Assembly (NCBI GenBank): GCA_052389675.1
Contig: JBQTHR010000055.1
Location: 57,616 to 121,615 of the forward strand
DNA: 64,000 nucleotides
From: Actinomycetota bacterium
GTDB taxonomy: Bacteria > Actinomycetota > CADDZG01 > JAHWKV01
Direction of reading: 5' to 3'
Shown here: one piece after another, positions 43,679 to 53,337 of the stretch
Numbering within the stretch: the stretch's first letter is position 1
How the letters are laid out: each line of letters begins with the position of its first letter
Made by a program: the position numbers and the translations under genes
The notes under the pieces: generated by a model
Database searches by the model: none
Told to the model about the DNA's origin: nothing
What the model saw: only the letters and a program-made list of their open reading frames with translations

Positions 43679-43796
43679 GCGGCGCCCGGTTCGAAATCCG
43701 GACGGTGGGCATCAGTTTTCGCGCCCGTGGTATATATCTAGGCAACCCCCAGCCCCAGACCCCTCACCGGCACGTTATCCCAAGAAGGACCTCCTC

Positions 43797-44957
43797 GTGG
43801 ATTTTGAGATCGGCATCGGCAAGACCGCTCGCAAGGCATACGGCTTTGACGACATCGCGATAGTTCCCTCCCGGCGCACTCGAGATCCCGAAGACGTGGA
43901 CATCTCCTGGGAGATCGACGCTTATCGCTTCGAACTCCCGCTCATGGCTGCAGCTATGGACGCGGTGGTGTCTCCCAGCAGCGCCGTTTCCATCGGGGAA
44001 CTGGGCGGGCTGGCGGTACTCAACCTGGAGGGCCTGCAGACCCGCTACGACGACGCCGAATCGGTACTGGCGGAGATTGCCACGTTGCCCAAAGAGCGCG
44101 CCACCGCCCGGATGCAGGAGCTTTACCAGGAGCCGATCAAAGATGAACTCATCCACAAGCGAATAGCCGAAATCAAGGAGTCCGGTGTGACTGCCGCCGC
44201 CTCGCTCACCCCGCAACGGGTGGAGCAGTACGCCAAGCTCGTGTTGGAGGCGGATCTGGACATTCTGGTGATTCAGGGCACCGTGGTATCCGCCGAGCAC
44301 CTGTCCACCCAGACCGAGCCTCTCAATCTGAAGCGCTTTATCGCCACATACGACTTGCCGGTGATCGTGGGAGGTTGCGCCTCCTACGCACCGGCGTTGC
44401 ACCTGATGCGCACCGGGGCGATAGGCGTTCTGGTGGGAGTCGGGCCGGGCGCGGCTTGCACTTCCCGCCAGGTTCTGGGCATCGGAGTACCGCAGGCCAC
44501 CGCTATCGCCGACGCAGCCGGCGCCCGCATGCGTCACCTGGACGAGAGCGGCCGCTACGTGCAGGTCATCGCGGACGGAGGAATGCGCACCGGGGGCGAC
44601 ATTGCCAAGGCGATCGCCTGCGGAGCGGACGCGGTGATGATCGGCTCTCCTTTGGCCCGGGCGACCGACGCTCCGGGCCGGGGCTTCCACTGGGGCATGG
44701 CCACCTTCCACTCCGGGCTTCCCCGGGGGGTGCGCATCGGTGCCACGCCGCTGGGTACCGCCAAAGAGATCCTGCTTGGCCCAACCAGCCTGAACGACGG
44801 CACAATGAACTTGTTCGGCGCCCTCAAGACCTCCATGGCCACCACCGGTTACGGAACGGTCAAGGAGTTCCAAAAGGCCGAGGTGGTGATCGCCCCGTCC
44901 ATCAAAACCGAGGGCAAGTTCGCCCAACAGCACCAGGGGATCGTTGACTACACTTAG
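43797..44957 (+). CDS. guaB3: GuaB3-type IMP dehydrogenase family protein (no CBS domains)
   Basis: [44 protein letters not shown]. Confidence 0.92.
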   Translation: MDFEIGIGKTARKAYGFDDIAIVPSRRTRDPEDVDISWEIDAYRFELPLMAAAMDAVVSPSSAVSIGELGGLAVLNLEGLQTRYDDAESVLAEIATLPKERATARMQELYQEPIKDELIHKRIAEIKESGVTAAASLTPQRVEQYAKLVLEADLDILVIQGTVVSAEHLSTQTEPLNLKRFIATYDLPVIVGGCASYAPALHLMRTGAIGVLVGVGPGAACTSRQVLGIGVPQATAIADAAGARMRHLDESGRYVQVIADGGMRTGGDIAKAIACGADAVMIGSPLARATDAPGRGFHWGMATFHSGLPRGVRIGATPLGTAKEILLGPTSLNDGTMNLFGALKTSMATTGYGTVKEFQKAEVVIAPSIKTEGKFAQQHQGIVDYT

Positions 44958-45039
44958 CCCGCCGGACCATCCCCTCGGTTTCGCCCTTGCGGGGGTTGCT
45001 GCGCCCGCTCAACCAGGAGGTACGACGATAGAAGTCTCG

Positions 45040-45621
45040 ATGGTTTCCCAAGAGCACCGGTTGGAGTTCTTGCGCACGGAGCTTGCGAGGCTGGTGCGTA
45101 CCTACGGTTACGAGGAGCGCGACCAGCCCTTCCAGCTGTCCTCCGCCGGCCTCAGCCGTCATTACGTCGACGGCAAGACTGCCACTTCGAGCGGCAAGCG
45201 CATAAAGCTGGTGGCAGAAGCAGTCGATGAGATCACCCGGCGGGCGAATGTATCGTTCGAAGCTGTAGGAGGTCCAACCGTGGGCGCCGACGCCATATCT
45301 GTTGCCGTGGCTATGGCCCTGGACAAGGACTGGTTCTTCGTTCGCAAAGAGGCAAAAGGGCACGGCAGACAAAAATTGATAGAAGGTGCGGTCCTCTCAC
45401 CCGGCATCAAAGCCGTGGTTGTTGACGACGTGGCCACCACTGGAGCGTCGATCCTCAAGGCAGTGGATGCGCTTAGAGCCATGTCCGTTGAGGTGGTGCT
45501 GGTAATCCCCCTGGTTGACCGAGGGGAATTAACCCGCCCGCTGGTTGAGGCTCTTGGAATCCGCTACGAGCCGATCCTTACCTATCGGAATCTGCAGATT
45601 CCGGCGATCGGGCACGAGTAG
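45040..45621 (+). CDS. pyrE: Orotate phosphoribosyltransferase
   Basis: FQLSS..YVD, RKEAKGHG, VVDDVATTGAS. ATG 45040 preferred. Confidence 0.88.
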   Translation: MVSQEHRLEFLRTELARLVRTYGYEERDQPFQLSSAGLSRHYVDGKTATSSGKRIKLVAEAVDEITRRANVSFEAVGGPTVGADAISVAVAMALDKDWFFVRKEAKGHGRQKLIEGAVLSPGIKAVVVDDVATTGASILKAVDALRAMSVEVVLVIPLVDRGELTRPLVEALGIRYEPILTYRNLQIPAIGHE

Positions 45622-45693
45622 CTCAAGGATCCGGGTCAAGGTTCGGCGCCCAGCCCTCCACGATTGCCGCCCGCCCGGATAGTCTTGAATCAG

Positions 45694-47256
45694 ATGAAGA
45701 TCCAGGGCGATTTCGACACCGTGCTGGTGGTCGACTTCGGCGCCCAGTACTCCAAACTGATCGCACGGCGGGTGCGGGAGTGCCACGTGCTTTCAGAAAT
45801 CGTGCCCCATGATGTGACTGCGGAGCGGATCGCCGCCCGCCGGCCCAAGGGCTTGATCCTGTCCGGGGGGCCGAGCAGCGTCTACGAGCCGGATGCCCCG
45901 CAGCCGGTGGCCGGTCTATTCGAGTTGGGGGTCCCGGTGCTGGGCATTTGCTACGGGCATCAGCTCATGGCGTCCACCCTTGGCGGCAGTGTGGCCCGGG
46001 GGGCGGGTGGAGAGTTCGGGCGGGCCGAGCTTTCTGCAACCGGCGGCCTTCTTTTCTCCGACCTTCCCTGGGAACAGACCGTGTGGATGAGTCACAATGA
46101 CGCCGTTTCGGAGGTTCCCGCCGGTTTCCGCTCGGTTGCCCGCACGGCGGCCTGTCCGGTGGCGGCAATGGAAGACCCGGCCCGGGGGCTGTTCGGAGTT
46201 CAGTTTCATCCGGAGGTCGTCCATACCCCTCTGGGAACCCAGATTATTCGCAACTTCGTCCGCCTGGCGTGCGACTGCCGGCCCTCCTGGACCTCCGCCG
46301 GGGTGATCGAGGCGGTGGTCGATGGGATCCGGGCGCAGGTGGGCGATGCCCGAGCGGTGTGCGGGCTCTCGGGTGGCGTGGACTCGATGGTGGCCGCTGC
46401 GCTGGTGCACAAGGCCATTGGGGACCGTTTGACCTGCATATTCGTGGACCACGGGATGATGCGAAGTAACGAAGCGGAGAAGGTGGTGGACACCTTCGGC
46501 CGGCATATGTCTAGCGAACTCATCCATGTGAAGGCGCAGGACCGCTTCTTGTCCAAGCTGGAGGCAGTGGCGGAGCCGGAGACCAAGCGAAAGATCATAG
46601 GTACCGAGTTCATCAGAGTGTTCGAGGAAGTGGCGTTGGAGGTGGGTTCCCGGGGCCCGGACCCAATCAGGTTCCTGGTGCAGGGCACGCTTTACCCCGA
46701 CGTGATCGAGTCCGGCGGCACCGCCACGAACGCTTCGGTGATCAAGAGCCACCACAACGTGGGCGGGCTCCCGTCGGACATGACCTTCGAGTTGGTGGAA
46801 CCGCTGCGCCATCTGTTCAAGGACGAGGTGCGCCGGATAGGCGAAGAGCTGGGCCTGCCCGAGGAGATCGTTTGGCGCCAGCCCTACCCAGGCCCGGGCT
46901 TGGCGGTAAGGATCATTGGCGACATTACCGCTGAGCGCCTGGACTTGGTGCGCGCAGCCGACGCAATAGTCATCGAAGAGATCAAGCGGGCGGGGATGTA
47001 CCGGGAGTTGTGGCAATCGTTCGCCGTGCTGCTTACCGTTCGCTCGGTGGGGGTTCAGGGCGATTCCCGGTCCTACGGGCATCCCGTAGTCGTTCGGGCG
47101 GTGACCTCGGAGGACGCTATGACTGCCGACTGGGCCAGGCTGGACCACTCTCTGCTGGAGCGGATCTCCAGCCGGATCATTGCCGAGGTGCCCGGAGTCA
47201 ACCGGGTGGCCTACGACATCACCTCCAAGCCGCCGGGGACGATCGAGTGGGAGTGA
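45694..47256 (+). CDS. guaA: GMP synthase (glutamine-hydrolysing)
   Basis: [40 protein letters not shown]. Confidence 0.99.
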   Translation: MKIQGDFDTVLVVDFGAQYSKLIARRVRECHVLSEIVPHDVTAERIAARRPKGLILSGGPSSVYEPDAPQPVAGLFELGVPVLGICYGHQLMASTLGGSVARGAGGEFGRAELSATGGLLFSDLPWEQTVWMSHNDAVSEVPAGFRSVARTAACPVAAMEDPARGLFGVQFHPEVVHTPLGTQIIRNFVRLACDCRPSWTSAGVIEAVVDGIRAQVGDARAVCGLSGGVDSMVAAALVHKAIGDRLTCIFVDHGMMRSNEAEKVVDTFGRHMSSELIHVKAQDRFLSKLEAVAEPETKRKIIGTEFIRVFEEVALEVGSRGPDPIRFLVQGTLYPDVIESGGTATNASVIKSHHNVGGLPSDMTFELVEPLRHLFKDEVRRIGEELGLPEEIVWRQPYPGPGLAVRIIGDITAERLDLVRAADAIVIEEIKRAGMYRELWQSFAVLLTVRSVGVQGDSRSYGHPVVVRAVTSEDAMTADWARLDHSLLERISSRIIAEVPGVNRVAYDITSKPPGTIEWE

Positions 47257-48476
47257 AGTTTTGTCGGCTGATGGCAGTGATATCGCTGCTTGTGCTGGCC
47301 GGCTGCAACGAAGTTGCCGGCCCCTCGGGCTCCCAGGACCCTGCCGATGACGGCACTTTCGGCGAAGCCCCGGCCGGCCGCAGCCCGGCGGACGGCTCAG
47401 CCGCCCAGGAGGTTGCCGGACCTCCAAGGCTGCAGAAGATCGGCAGCTTTGACCAGCCCACCCACCTGGCCTCGCCTCCGGGCGACGAGCGGCTTTTCGT
47501 GGTGGAAAAGCAGGGACGGGTGGTGATCGTCGAGGACGGGCAGGCACGGGAACCTGCTTTTTTGGACATAGTCGAGCGGGTCTCGTCCGGGGGCGAGCGG
47601 GGGCTGTTCGCTATCGCCTTCGCCCCGGATTACCCCGAGAGCGGGTTGGCCTATGTCAGCTACACCGACCCCGGTGGCGACAGCAAAGTTGACGAGTACA
47701 GGGTGTCTTCGGATCCAGGCCGGTTGGACCCGGACTCTCGCCGGCAGATCCTGTCGGTGGAGCAACCCTTTCCCAATCACAACGGCGGTCTGATTGCCTT
47801 CGACCCCTCGGGGATGCTGATCCTTGGCCTGGGCGACGGCGGCTCGGGCGGCGACCCTCAGAATAGGGCTCAGGACCTGGGCACCTTGCTGGGCAAGTTC
47901 GTGCGCGTGGATCCCCGGAGCCCGTCGGGAAATCGCCCTTACGCAATCCCGGCGGACAACCCGTTCGTGAACCGGGCGGGCGTTCGGCCGGAGATCTGGG
48001 GATACGGGCTGCGCAACCCGTGGCGCTGGTCGTTTGACCCGCAGACCAAGGATCTGTACGTGGGCGACGTCGGCCAGAACACCGTAGAGGAGGTCAACCA
48101 TGTTCCTCCGGCCGGGCAGGCGGGCGCCAACTACGGCTGGCCGCGTTTCGAGGGCCGGCGGGACTTTCGCAACGTCCGGATCGACGAGTCCCGGCTGGTA
48201 ACGCCGGTGCTCGACTACCCAACCTCAGGGGGCAACTGCTCGGTAACCGGTGGGGGCGTCTACCGGGGCAGCGTCGCTCAGTTGAAGGGGATCTACCTTT
48301 ACGGCGACTTCTGCGCAGGGGTGATCAAGGGGTTTCGTTTGGAAAACGGCCGGGCGGTGGATCAGCGCTCGTTCGACCTGGAGGTGCCCAACCTGGCGTC
48401 GTTCGGTGAGGATTCCGCCGGCGAGATGTACGCGGTCTCCCTACGGGGCGACGTCTTCAAAATCGTCGGAGGCTGA
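47253..48476 (+). CDS. PQQ-dependent glucose/sorbosone dehydrogenase-family lipoprotein
   Basis: Lipobox [29 protein letters not shown] overlaps the guaA stop. Confidence 0.9.
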   Translation: MKFCRLMAVISLLVLAGCNEVAGPSGSQDPADDGTFGEAPAGRSPADGSAAQEVAGPPRLQKIGSFDQPTHLASPPGDERLFVVEKQGRVVIVEDGQAREPAFLDIVERVSSGGERGLFAIAFAPDYPESGLAYVSYTDPGGDSKVDEYRVSSDPGRLDPDSRRQILSVEQPFPNHNGGLIAFDPSGMLILGLGDGGSGGDPQNRAQDLGTLLGKFVRVDPRSPSGNRPYAIPADNPFVNRAGVRPEIWGYGLRNPWRWSFDPQTKDLYVGDVGQNTVEEVNHVPPAGQAGANYGWPRFEGRRDFRNVRIDESRLVTPVLDYPTSGGNCSVTGGGVYRGSVAQLKGIYLYGDFCAGVIKGFRLENGRAVDQRSFDLEVPNLASFGEDSAGEMYAVSLRGDVFKIVGG

Positions 48477-48500
48477 GCTTCGGGCACGGCCGGCGGGCGC

Positions 48501-48824
48501 TTACTTGAATTTGGCGAGCAGCGCTTGGTAAGGCTCGTTACCGATCATGCGACCCCACAGCGCCAAGCAGAACTTCTCGATGATCTTCACCCGGCGGGGG
48601 TGTTGCAGCACCTTAAGGCCGGCGCCTTCGGCCAGCAGCTCTTTGAACAACATCTGATGAATGGCTGCAGCCCGGTCGGCTATCGAAGTGGCGGGTGCGC
48701 CTGCGCCGACCATGGTCTTGAGCGTGCTCGTGTCCTGGTGGGCGCTCATGGCTTTGGCGTAGTCCCCGATCAGCTTCTCTGTCTGGTCTTCTGCGAGCTT
48801 GACGCGCTTGTCGAAAAAGTTCAT
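48501..48824 (-). CDS. Hypothetical protein
   Basis: 107 aa, SD GGGAG, GC3-rich codons, fills the gap. Confidence 0.7.
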   Translation of the reverse strand: MNFFDKRVKLAEDQTEKLIGDYAKAMSAHQDTSTLKTMVGAGAPATSIADRAAAIHQMLFKELLAEGAGLKVLQHPRRVKIIEKFCLALWGRMIGNEPYQALLAKFK

Positions 48825-48975
48825 AGCATCTCCCGTTGTCCTGGACAGATCCTACGCTTGAATCCATCAAGGGCAGATCCTTCGGGCCTATGCGACCCCC
48901 CCGCCCTGCAGATCGGTCGCACTCCCCCGGACGGCCCGAAGGTGAGAACATGGAGTCCACTCCCCGGCGCATGGC

Positions 48976-51225
48976 TTGCCGTCACCCCGACTCCGATCGG
49001 AGATTGCCGTTAGTTCCACTGATCAGCCGCTGGATCTCAGCAGCCTGAACCCGCCCCAGCGGGAGGCCGTTTCCTACGGCGACGGGCCGATGCTGATCAT
49101 TGCCGGGGCCGGGAGCGGCAAGACTGCGGTGTTGACCCGGCGGATTGCCTACCTCATCGAGCGGGGGGAGTCGCCCTTTTCCATTTTGGCCATTAGCTTT
49201 ACCAATAAGGCCGCCGCCGAGGTGAAGGACCGGGTGGCCGGGCTGATCGGCCCGGTGGCGGGCAAGATGTGGATTGGTACTTTCCACTCAGCCTGTGTGC
49301 GGATCCTGCGTTCGCACATCGGCAAACTGGGCTATCGCTCGGCGTTTACCATCTACGACACGTCGGACAGCGAACGGCTGGTCTCAATCATCATGAAGGA
49401 CGGCGGCTTCGACCCGAAAAAGATCAAGGCCTCCAGCGTGCTGCATGCGATCGGCCGGGCCAAAGACGAACTGATCGGCCCCGACATCTACGACGCCCGG
49501 GCGGTTCACTGGATGGAGCGTCAGGTCGCATCTATCTACAGGGTCTACCAAAAGCGCCTGGCGGAGGCGAGCGCGGTGGACTTCGACGACATCATCAACC
49601 TGACCGTGCGTATTTTCGCCGAGTTCCCCGAGGTGCTCGAGCACTACCGCAATGTTTTCCGGCACGTCTTGGTGGATGAGTTCCAGGACACCAATGGAGC
49701 CCAGTTCGAGTGGGTGCGCTTGCTGGCGGCGCCAGATGGAAACATCACTGTGGTGGGCGACATGGACCAGTCGGTTTACGGCTTCCGGGGAGCGGACTAC
49801 CGTAATTTGGCCCGCTTCGAGGAGGCCTTTCCCAGCACCAAGCTGATCACTTTGGAGCAAAACTACCGATCGACGCAGCGAATTCTCTCAGCCGCCAATG
49901 CATTGATCGAGAACAACAGCGGCCGCCGTCCTAAGAATCTATGGACCGACGCCGGGCAGGGCGACCGCATCGTCATCCACAACTCGGGCAATGAGCACGA
50001 CGAGGCGGCCTTCGTTGCCTCCGAGCTGGAGCGCCTGCGCCAAACCGAGGGCTACCGCTACCGGGACGCCGCGGTGTTCTACCGGACCAACGCCCAGTCC
50101 CGGGTGGTTGAGGAGATCTTTGCCCGTTTCGGCGTCCCCTATCGCATATTGGGCGGTCTGCGCTTCTATGACCGCCGGGAGATCAAGGATTTGATCGCCT
50201 ACCTGCGGGTGGTGGTGAACCCAGCCGACTCGGTCAGCCTGCGCCGGATCATCAACACGCCCCGGCGGGGGATCGGCGACAGGACGATTGCCGAGCTGGC
50301 CGGCAACGCCGCGGCCGGCGGGATGACACTGTTCGAGGCCACTGAGGGAGCGGAGCACATTCCAACCTTTACCCGGCGGGCGCTCGGGGGCTTGAAGGCA
50401 TTCACTTCGCTCATCCGGGAGTTGCAGACCTACCAATCGGGCGGAGCAAGCGTTCGGGAGATGGTCGAGCTCACGCTGGAGCGTTCCGGCTACTTGGCGG
50501 AGTTGGAGTCCGAGCGCTCGATCGAAGCTCTGGGGCGAATCGAGAACCTGAAAGAGCTGGCCGGCGTGGCAGCCGAGTTCGAGGAGCGGGTGCCCGGAGG
50601 GACGCTGGAGGACTTCCTGGCGCAGACCTCGCTGGTCAGCGAACAGGATGATTATGACCAGGAGGCGTCGACGGTGACGCTAATGACGCTGCACAACGCC
50701 AAGGGCTTGGAGTTTCCCATCGTCTTCATCCTCGGCATGGAGGAGGGGGTCTTCCCGCACCAGCGGTCCTTGACCGAGCCGGACGAGTTGGAGGAGGAGC
50801 GCCGATTGGCATACGTGGGCATCACCCGGGCGAAGAAGCACCTTTACCTGACCCACTCGGAGAGCCGGTCACTGTGGGGAGGCATGAATCACAACCAGCC
50901 ATCCCGGTTCCTTAAAGAGATTCCGGCAGAGCTCTTGAGACGAGTGGGGGAGCGCTCGCGGCCGGCCTCCGGTGGAGGTACCTATGGGAGTTTTAACTCG
51001 GGTCGGCGCCAGGGCCCGCCGGCGGCCCTTCGTGCGCACTATCCAAACGTGGAGCGGGCGAGTGCCCGGTGGCGGGTGGGGCAGGAGGTGGCACACGCCC
51101 GCTGGGGCTCGGGGGTGATTACTTCCTTGTCGGGAAGCGGAGACAAGGCCGAGGCGACCATCTGGTTTAGCGACACCGGAGAGAAGCGCCTGCTGCTGGC
51201 CTACGCACCAATCAAGGCTACCTAA
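48976..51225 (+). CDS. pcrA: ATP-dependent DNA helicase PcrA/UvrD
   Basis: AGAGSGKT, VDEFQDTN, QNYRST, TLHNAKGLEF, EERRLAYVGITRA, C-terminal Tudor-like domain. Start uncertain. Confidence 0.97.
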   Translation: MPSPRLRSEIAVSSTDQPLDLSSLNPPQREAVSYGDGPMLIIAGAGSGKTAVLTRRIAYLIERGESPFSILAISFTNKAAAEVKDRVAGLIGPVAGKMWIGTFHSACVRILRSHIGKLGYRSAFTIYDTSDSERLVSIIMKDGGFDPKKIKASSVLHAIGRAKDELIGPDIYDARAVHWMERQVASIYRVYQKRLAEASAVDFDDIINLTVRIFAEFPEVLEHYRNVFRHVLVDEFQDTNGAQFEWVRLLAAPDGNITVVGDMDQSVYGFRGADYRNLARFEEAFPSTKLITLEQNYRSTQRILSAANALIENNSGRRPKNLWTDAGQGDRIVIHNSGNEHDEAAFVASELERLRQTEGYRYRDAAVFYRTNAQSRVVEEIFARFGVPYRILGGLRFYDRREIKDLIAYLRVVVNPADSVSLRRIINTPRRGIGDRTIAELAGNAAAGGMTLFEATEGAEHIPTFTRRALGGLKAFTSLIRELQTYQSGGASVREMVELTLERSGYLAELESERSIEALGRIENLKELAGVAAEFEERVPGGTLEDFLAQTSLVSEQDDYDQEASTVTLMTLHNAKGLEFPIVFILGMEEGVFPHQRSLTEPDELEEERRLAYVGITRAKKHLYLTHSESRSLWGGMNHNQPSRFLKEIPAELLRRVGERSRPASGGGTYGSFNSGRRQGPPAALRAHYPNVERASARWRVGQEVAHARWGSGVITSLSGSGDKAEATIWFSDTGEKRLLLAYAPIKAT

Positions 51226-51247
51226 CAGCTTTAGGCAGCTTCTAGGC

Positions 51248-51538
51248 TCAGGCGAATCCCTGCCTGAGCAGCCCCCGGGCTTGAACCTGAGACGGCTGGC
51301 CGGCAGCGTAAGATTCTGGGCTAAGAGAATCAACGCATGGACCACTGCCCTCGATCCTTGCAAATTGCTCGTTAGCGTTTACGAAAGCGTGCAAATCGTA
51401 GCCCTGTGGGTCGGTCGCATAGACGCCCCTAATGTTTGGGTCCTTGTCGTCCGCCGAACGATATTAGGCCCCTACGACGAAATGTAAGACCTGATTCGGG
51501 TAGCTGGCGGCCTTGCCCTCAAGCTTTCCTATAAGCTT
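51248..51538 (-). pseudogene. Possible degraded foreign gene fragment
   Basis: Lower-GC stretch; about 96-codon protein-like frame with one internal TAA (51464-51466) and no start codon. Confidence 0.25.
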
Positions 51539-51594
51539 TAATTCTGATCACTATTAGGATCATCTGTACCCATTCCCCCAAAGAGGAGCCGCAA

Positions 51595-52527
51595 ATGCCC
51601 GCCCGGAGACGCCGATTGATCTTCACGCTGTTGGCCGCCTTCGCCCTTTTTTCGGGGGCCTGCTCCTCTGGTTCAAACGCCGAAGACGGAGAGAATCAGG
51701 CGGCGGCCAGCAAGGAGGGGATCACCATAGGTGCGATTCCCGACCAGGATCCTGAGAAGCTTCAGCGCCTCTACGGTGCCGTGGCCGATTACCTGACCGG
51801 CGAGCTGGGAGTGGCGGTGAACTACGTGCCGGTTACCGACTACACCGCTGCGGTCAGCCTGTTCAAGGTCGGCGATCTGGACATGGTGTGGTTCGGCGGG
51901 CTCACCGGAGTCCAAGCGCGCCTGCAGGTCGAAGGATCGAAGGCGATCCTGCAACGCGACATCGATGAGAGCTTCCACAGCGTCTTCATCGCTAACGCCT
52001 CGGCCGGGCTTTCCGAGTTACCCGATGTGGCGGCGCTGTCGGCACTCAAAGGCAAGCGCTTGACCTTCGGCAGTGAATCCTCCACCTCCGGGCGGCTGAT
52101 GCCCCAGTACTTCCTGGGCCAGGCCGGCGTGACGCCGGCCGATTTCCAGGGCGAGCCCGGTTTCTCCGGCTCCCACGATAAAACCGCTGAACTGGTGGAG
52201 TCCGGGTCGTTCGAGGTAGGGGTGCTCAACGAACAAGTGTGGGCTGCTCGCAAGGCCGCGGGCAAAGTTGACGACTCCAAAGTCAAGCAGATCTTCCGCA
52301 CCCCGGCTTACCATGACTACCACTGGGTTGCCGGTCCTGAGCTGCTCGGTCGGGAGGACGGCGCGTTGCTTGAGCGAGTGAAACGGGCGTTCACCGCGTT
52401 GGACCCGGCCGATCCGGACCACAAACAGATCCTCGATCTGTTCGGAGCTTCCAAATTTATCGAGACGACCGACGGCAACTACGCCGAAATCGAACAGATC
52501 GGTCGCGAACTCGGCCTGATCACCTGA
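51595..52527 (+). CDS. PhnD-family ABC substrate-binding lipoprotein, putative selenate-transporter subfamily
   Basis: Lipobox SGAC, GAIPDQDPEKLQRLY, WFGGLTGVQAR, FGSESSTSGRLMP, YHDYHW. Confidence 0.85.
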   Translation: MPARRRRLIFTLLAAFALFSGACSSGSNAEDGENQAAASKEGITIGAIPDQDPEKLQRLYGAVADYLTGELGVAVNYVPVTDYTAAVSLFKVGDLDMVWFGGLTGVQARLQVEGSKAILQRDIDESFHSVFIANASAGLSELPDVAALSALKGKRLTFGSESSTSGRLMPQYFLGQAGVTPADFQGEPGFSGSHDKTAELVESGSFEVGVLNEQVWAARKAAGKVDDSKVKQIFRTPAYHDYHWVAGPELLGREDGALLERVKRAFTALDPADPDHKQILDLFGASKFIETTDGNYAEIEQIGRELGLIT

Positions 52528-52530
52528 AAC

Positions 52531-53337
52531 GTGGCTACCCTCTCGACCGACCGGAGGATCGCTCGTATCGGCGCGTCCGGGCACCCCGGCTCGGACCAGA
52601 TCGAGGTTGATCGGGCCGGAGTCAGCTATGGGGACCTCTGGGCACTGAGGGAGGTCAGCTTCACCGTGGCTGCCGGCGAGCGAATCGCCGTGGTGGGCCC
52701 GAGCGGTGCCGGCAAGAGCACTCTGCTTGCCCTGCTTAACGGCACGGTAGCCCCCGGCGAGGGCTCAGTCCGCGTGTTCGGCCAGGAACTGGGTGCGCTC
52801 AGCGGGAGCGATCTGAGCAGGACTCAAGCGAGGATCGGTACAGTACACCAGCACTTCGATCTGGTTGGTCCTCTGCGGGTGATCCACAACGTGAACGCCG
52901 GCCGGCTTACCGGGTGGTCTACCTGGCGGGCGGTCCGTTCGCTGATTAGGCCCGCGGAAGTTGCCGGCTCTCGCGACGCGCTCGCCCGGGTGGGAATGGG
53001 CGGGAGGATCTATGAACGGACCGACCGGCTGTCGGGCGGCGAGCGACAGCGGGTGGCTCTGGCCCGGATGCTCGTTCAAAACCCGGACGCGATCCTGGCC
53101 GACGAGCCAATCTCCAACCTGGATCCAGTACGGGGCGAGGAGGTCATGGATCTGCTACGTGATCTGAGCGGCGAACTCGGCAAGACCCTGATCAGCTCCA
53201 TCCACCGTTTCGAGTACGCGCTTTCCCATTTCGATCGGGTGATCGGTCTTCGTGAAGGGCAGGTGTTGTTCGACCTCCCCAGCTCCGAGGTAACCGAGCA
53301 AGTGGCCCGGGAGCTCTATCGGATCTCGCCCCGGTGA
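52531..53337 (+). CDS. PhnC-like ABC ATPase
   Basis: GPSGAGKST, LSGGERQRVALAR, LADEPISNLDP. Confidence 0.92.
   Translation: MATLSTDRRIARIGASGHPGSDQIEVDRAGVSYGDLWALREVSFTVAAGERIAVVGPSGAGKSTLLALLNGTVAPGEGSVRVFGQELGALSGSDLSRTQARIGTVHQHFDLVGPLRVIHNVNAGRLTGWSTWRAVRSLIRPAEVAGSRDALARVGMGGRIYERTDRLSGGERQRVALARMLVQNPDAILADEPISNLDPVRGEEVMDLLRDLSGELGKTLISSIHRFEYALSHFDRVIGLREGQVLFDLPSSEVTEQVARELYRISPR

Noticed and set aside
43683-43713. CCGG-TTCGAAAT-CCGG resembles a tRNA T-arm or att site
   Set aside because: The loop is 8 nt, there is no D or anticodon arm and no CCA, and no integrase is nearby. More likely a simple hairpin.
45916-47547. Long antisense ORFs (e.g. 45916-47547, 27446-28693, 43764-44933, 24041-25135)
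   Set aside because: Shadow frames of conserved high-GC genes, with no recognisable motifs.
52525-52533. In-frame TGA between the putative selenate-binding protein and the ATPase (selenocysteine readthrough?)
   Set aside because: Both proteins are complete, fusing an exported lipoprotein to a cytoplasmic ATPase is topologically implausible, and no SECIS is evident.
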